Shown here one piece after another: positions 61,458 through 64,000 of a stretch of DNA of 64,000 bases. The stretch lies in the IMG/VR virus record IMGVR_UViG_3300025030_001449, positions 1-64,000 of that record; one strand, written 5' to 3'. The notes under the pieces are model-generated. The model did not search any database and was not told where the DNA came from. It was given only the letters and a program-made list of their open reading frames with translations. The position numbers were made by a program, and so were the translations under genes. This stretch comes from a virus. Its lineage: Duplodnaviria; Caudoviricetes. Every line of letters starts with the position of its first letter. Positions within the stretch are counted from its first letter, which is position 1.

Positions 61458-61889
61458 ATGACAAATATTAAAATAACTGAATGTCCCTACTGTAAAGAGG
61501 AAATTAAAGAGGGTGCCATAAAATGTAAACATTGTGGATCTGAATTAGAGACAATTAAAGATTATTCTGGGGGTAGTTATAGTACTATGATAATAAGGGT
61601 AATATTCATTACTTTATTTAACCTTCTTTTATCTTGGGGTATTATAACATGGTTAGCCAGTGATGGAAGTAAAAATAATATTTTAAGTACTGTTAAACCA
61701 GTATATTCGGTTACTAATGACTTAATTGGTTATTATTCTGATTGGTCACCTTTTTTGGGACACTATGCACATTTATCTATTATAGGTTGGTTTTTAATGT
61801 TGTTAATTTTTAGTGGTTTAGAATATTTTTGGGTATATAAAAAAATACGCAGATTTACGCAAAAAAGAGAGGGATTAAAAACCGAATGA
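61458..61889 (+). CDS. zinc-ribbon membrane protein
   Basis: CPYCKEEI...AIKCKHCGS plus two TM helices. Confidence 0.75.
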   Translation: MTNIKITECPYCKEEIKEGAIKCKHCGSELETIKDYSGGSYSTMIIRVIFITLFNLLLSWGIITWLASDGSKNNILSTVKPVYSVTNDLIGYYSDWSPFLGHYAHLSIIGWFLMLLIFSGLEYFWVYKKIRRFTQKREGLKTE

Positions 61890-62131
61890 ATCAAAGACAG
61901 ATTTACAACAAATTCCTGGAAAGTATAAGAAATAAATTTAGAATAAATATTAAACCAGTTAAACCTGATTATTCATCTGAATCTGAACGATTAAGAAATT
62001 TACCTAAAAAATATCCTACGGAAATACCAAATAAAAATGTACTCAACCACATAAAGAATTTAACATTAAGTGAATGGATTACAATTATTATTGGAATAAT
62101 ATCACTCATACTTATGACCATATTTTATTAA
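61886..62131 (+). CDS. small C-terminal TM protein
   Basis: ATGA overlap; hydrophobic end. Confidence 0.6.
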   Translation: MNQRQIYNKFLESIRNKFRINIKPVKPDYSSESERLRNLPKKYPTEIPNKNVLNHIKNLTLSEWITIIIGIISLILMTIFY

Positions 62132-62156
62132 TAAACATTTCGGTATAAAAAACTAC

Positions 62157-62288
62157 AAACAACAAAGGGTTTAAGAAATGGTGGGGACCGTGGTTGTATT
62201 AAGTTTTGTAATTTCTATTTAATTTTGTTCGTTTGACTGGATTGTGAGTTTTTAAACCACCACTTCTCAAACCCTTAAAACGTTATTT
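62157..62288 (+). other. integron attC-like site
   Basis: AAACAAC...GTTATTT cores; 20-bp arms 62165-62184 and 62257-62276 pair with G.T wobbles on the bottom strand. Confidence 0.6.
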
Positions 62289-62336
62289 TTTTAATATATA
62301 ATACAAAGATAAACATAATATTTGAAAAAGTCAATA
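62283..62336 (-). repeat. 54-bp perfect inverted repeat, right copy (inward-facing promoter)
   Basis: reverse complement of 60361-60414. Confidence 0.9.
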
Positions 62337-62345
62337 TCTTTAAAA

Positions 62346-62594
62346 TTATTTTTTTCTTACTTTTGGAACTCTCCAATTTGGGGAAGAACTTGATTTTGAC
62401 CTATTCATTGCCTTCTCCTCTTGTTTTTTAATTTCATCATTTTCTTCAATTAAATGATTGATAAAAAACTTTCTTTCATGGACTGGCATATTCATAACAT
62501 CCGAATATGAGAAATTTCCATGTTTTACCAGAGCATAAATCTCTTTCCAAATATAAACTTTATATTCATCACTTCTTAAGAAGGAAAAAAAAAA
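62346..62594 (-). CDS. -1 frameshift extension of tail/baseplate assembly chaperone (gp51-like)
   Basis: -1 frame after T10: SFLRSDEYKVYIWKEIYALVKHGNFSYSDVMNMPVHERKFFI...KK*. Confidence 0.65.
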   Translation of the reverse strand, partial: FFFSFLRSDEYKVYIWKEIYALVKHGNFSYSDVMNMPVHERKFFINHLIEENDEIKKQEEKAMNRSKSSSSPNWRVPKVRKK

Positions 62595-63373
62595 TCTATG
62601 CTCATTGGAACTTGTTGTTTAAAAACATTACCATTTGGAGATTCAAACTCATATGTAAAGTCAACTCCAGGTTCAATTTTATCAATATATTTTCTAAATG
62701 CCAAAGAATCTGATGCTGGCATATTTTCAACGAATTGAGATATCCAGATTTTATCTGTTTTATCCTCAACTCTTGTTATCATTGTTGATAATCTTGTTGT
62801 TAATAAATTTGATATTCCATTGGAATTTTTACTTAATTTTGAAAGACTTTCAATCGTTTTAAGTATTTGTTGCTCCAGTCCTGCAGTTAATAGCTTAAAT
62901 TTAATTTTTTTCTTTAATTTAGGGAGGGTGAAATCAAATTCCATATTTTCATCTGGTTCTGCCCCCAATCCTTTTGTTTTTAATTTTGATAAATCAACTT
63001 CAGTTTCAAACTCCTCTCCACTATTGGGGTCAGTGACTTTAACAGGATATTTTTCACCATAACCAGTACATCTGAGAAACACCATTATTGCATTTCTATC
63101 ACCAACCAATAAATCAGAAGGTTTAATATCCTTGTCTATAATACACACTTCTAAAAGTTTATCAAAAACAGTTCCGCTTCGGACCAAATTTGGTGATGTT
63201 AAGATATTCTCGCATTTAGTTGTCATAAATGCTACCTTTATTCTATCTTTTTTATTTGGATATAATATCCCATCCGATGGAAGTGGGACAATATCATACA
63301 TTTTTTCAAATTCATTTTCTGGTTCCGTAAAATATTGTTTTGATTGTGGTACTAATTTTTCTGCTGTTTCCAT
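62576..63373 (-). CDS. T4 gp26-like baseplate hub / tail assembly chaperone
   Basis: VPLPSDG..YP, LLVGDRNAIMVFLR..YG..Y, DFFFP end. Confidence 0.75.
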   Translation of the reverse strand: METAEKLVPQSKQYFTEPENEFEKMYDIVPLPSDGILYPNKKDRIKVAFMTTKCENILTSPNLVRSGTVFDKLLEVCIIDKDIKPSDLLVGDRNAIMVFLRCTGYGEKYPVKVTDPNSGEEFETEVDLSKLKTKGLGAEPDENMEFDFTLPKLKKKIKFKLLTAGLEQQILKTIESLSKLSKNSNGISNLLTTRLSTMITRVEDKTDKIWISQFVENMPASDSLAFRKYIDKIEPGVDFTYEFESPNGNVFKQQVPMSIDFFFPS

Positions 63374-63437
63374 GTTTTTTAATATTTAGTATTATAGTTA
63401 TTATATGTATAAATATATCAACATTAAATTTTTTTAA

Positions 63438-63899
63438 CTAATTTTTATTAATATCAAATTTTCTTAATGATGTTTTATCACCCCTTACCCACGAATTTTT
63501 GTATCTTTCCTCTTTGTTTGAACAACTTTCACATAATGTAACAATCCATCCTGTCGTATGTCCGACATTTTCTGTTGTCCCACATTTTTCACAAATATGA
63601 TATGACATATTCTCTGCAAGTTGAATCATTCCATCTATACGATTATCCCCACCATTTGTATAAAAACATAAAGCACCGAACTTTTCCTTCACTTGGACTG
63701 CCTCAACTTGTGGAATCTTTAAATGTTCATTTAAATCAATATAACTTTGAATTGAATTACATAATTGATCCAATAAAAAAAACCAACCTTCATCAGTATC
63801 AATGCCCCAGCACATGCAAGTTTCCATCATTGACAAATCCTTTTGTCTGAATATTTTAGGATATTTGTTAAATAATTTTTCTTGTAATTCTTTAGTCAT
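63438..63899 (-). CDS. conserved phage hypothetical protein
   Basis: GW..LLD.L..QVKEKFG.L.FY..CEKCG..W..TLC. Confidence 0.7.
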   Translation of the reverse strand: MTKELQEKLFNKYPKIFRQKDLSMMETCMCWGIDTDEGWFFLLDQLCNSIQSYIDLNEHLKIPQVEAVQVKEKFGALCFYTNGGDNRIDGMIQLAENMSYHICEKCGTTENVGHTTGWIVTLCESCSNKEERYKNSWVRGDKTSLRKFDINKN

Positions 63900-64000
63900 A
63901 ATATTTAAATTTAATATAAAGATAAATAGTTTTTTGAAAAAAGTAAAGAATAACTGATTATTTTAATTCTTTTATCAGTTGTTCAACAACCTGAGTTCTA

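Noticed and set aside
791-63850. Many short F/L/I/S-rich ORFs opposite real genes (e.g. 791, 8806, 17542, 30068, 53490, 62820)
   Set aside because: Antisense shadows of AT-rich coding sequence without promoters or motifs
1-64000. Stop-codon reassignment as in some Bacteroidota phages
   Set aside because: Long genes are intact in the standard code and TAG/TGA terminate genes at sensible positions
1-64000. tRNA or rRNA genes
   Set aside because: No cloverleaf with a T-loop GTTCRA or rRNA-like GC-rich stretch seen; tRNAscan would be decisive
1-64000. Eukaryotic giant virus or host chromosome origin
   Set aside because: Tail, baseplate and sigma-like genes, bacterial promoters and TnpB elements fit a bacteriophage; no core cellular genes seen

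Overview
Very AT-rich, densely coding segment of a large (jumbo/huge) tailed dsDNA phage, probably a myovirus. The host is most likely Bacteroidota, based on TTTG/TTGA...TAnnTTTG promoters and A-rich leaders without Shine-Dalgarno sites. Positions 1-20.8 kb are mostly + strand: a nucleotide-sugar cluster, Dam-like MTase, HAD nucleotidase, two glycosyltransferases, a gp55-like late sigma factor and a baseplate module. Positions 20.9-64 kb are mostly - strand: DNA MTases, a SAM-lyase-like gene, primase, a helicase-Rrp8-like MTase fusion, a RuvC-like resolvase, homing endonucleases and a long tail/baseplate block ending in a chaperone with a predicted -1 frameshift. Notable signals are as follows. 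(1) Two TnpB elements; one lacks a left-end hairpin, sits behind a phage late promoter and keeps a TAM plus 9-nt copy of its own guide seed, and its empty site can be rebuilt exactly. (2) A duplicated pseudoknot-capable ncRNA linked to a GIY-YIG nuclease. (3) Diverse cargo proteins sharing an MKIxxxESQ-type leader. (4) Strong [ST]-[GA]-x-[TS] enrichment in virion proteins beside a glycosylation cluster. (5) Truncated paralogs of sheath, tube and terminase. (6) An attC-like cassette island bounded by a perfect 54-bp inverted repeat. All product calls come from motif recognition by eye; no searches were run. No tRNA, rRNA or CRISPR array was seen.
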